Below are positions 62,956-64,000 of a DNA stretch of 64,000 nucleotides, one piece after another. The stretch is from Antedon mediterranea. Its lineage: Eukaryota > Animalia > Echinodermata. A program made the position numbers and the translations under genes. Within the stretch, counting starts at the first letter, position 1, and each line of letters starts with the position of its first letter. Location: NCBI RefSeq assembly GCF_964355755.1, contig NC_092674.1, positions 19,282,001 through 19,346,000 on the forward strand, in the 5' to 3' direction. The notes under the pieces were generated by a model. It worked only from the letters and a program-made list of their open reading frames with translations. It did no database searches and had not been told where the DNA came from.

Positions 62956-64000
62956 CGAAAACGCCATTTATTGTGCGCATGCATTTGAGTTTGGTTGGGC
63001 ATATTATTTTGGTAAAGTCGTTGGACTCCATTTCGTCAATTCTATGTCCAATTGACGACTTTAGATTCTGTATCACATACGCATGTCAACCTTGCTTGGT
63101 AGCACTGTCGTCGCGAAAGTTAGTGGCCGTTTCGGGACTAATGGCATAATGCATAATTTACTAGCTTCTAGTTTATCACATACCGAAAAAAACAAACAAG
63201 GTACTTGGTTTTTGTCTTTAAATTAGGGAGAGTGTACAGTAAAGTAGTGTTCATTGAAATTCACCAGGTTTTGAAATAATCTGACAATATATATTTTACC
63301 TAATTTAAAGACAACTAAACAACGAACAAAAAGTTTCCAAAAATGTAGGTGAAGAGAGGTTAAATACTTCTTTAGCCACTCTAACAACAAATATATGTTC
63401 TAAACTCTTTAAAAACATGGGGAAATATATTTTAAATACCATGCTAAACATAAATTAAATTAGTTGGTGTCATATTAATTGCTTCAATGAACCATAGCTA
63501 AAACACTATTCGTCAGGCATATTTGTGTCGTGGTACGTGAGACAATGCCCCGGATTAATTTGGAAGTTTGCTCCCCGGGTATCAAGAGTACGAGGCTTGG
63601 CTCAAATGAATACAATATCAAGACTAACAGAAAGAAAACAAGTTGTTGATTGCCGTTACCATACCATTTATTGTGCACGAATCAACGTTACTCAGAAAAT
63701 AAAGAGAACGAAGGAAAGCCCTGCAAATATACAAACAAGCGTTACATAATTTCAATAACAATCAGTTTATAACTTCACTTTATCGCTGTATATACTACCA
63801 CTATAATTACTGTGTACAAACTGGTTACCATTAAGAACAACACAGTCAATTGAACGTCATTACAAATGAGTAATACCTGAACCAACTTGAATGATGTATT
63901 TACTAACTAAGAACGAAAGATCGTACAGCAATCAACCATTTCTCTATAAATTGAAGTAAAGATTTGAGAACATAATTTGCTTTATTTAAGTTGTATGCAG

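Overview
AT-rich, intron-rich animal genomic DNA; the repeat and gene content fits a marine invertebrate, but the species cannot be determined here. Two near-identical Ty3/Gypsy LTR retrotransposons of about 8.4 kb lie in opposite orientation: 13275-21703 (-, frameshifted pol) and 53607-62026 (+, intact, LTRs identical by eye). Both have a non-canonical HHDD RT motif and a -1 gag-pol frameshift signal. Between them are two spliced genes that the ORF track shows only in fragments. One is a secreted poly-Arg/5xTSP1/EGF-like/UMOD-GP2-type Cys domain/VWDE-like gene with two nonsense codons (22659-31130). The other is a 17-exon LRR + Cys-rich + ~9-TM receptor-like gene with one frameshifted exon (34422-52604). 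A small secreted acidic protein gene lies at 4756-2405 (-). The rest is TE-derived: LINE fragments, a deleted Mag-type LTR element, Helentron-type elements, MULE-, Kolobok- and hAT/P-like non-autonomous elements, a 68-bp hairpin satellite and many TAGGCCTA palindromes. All calls come from manual reading; no database search was run.
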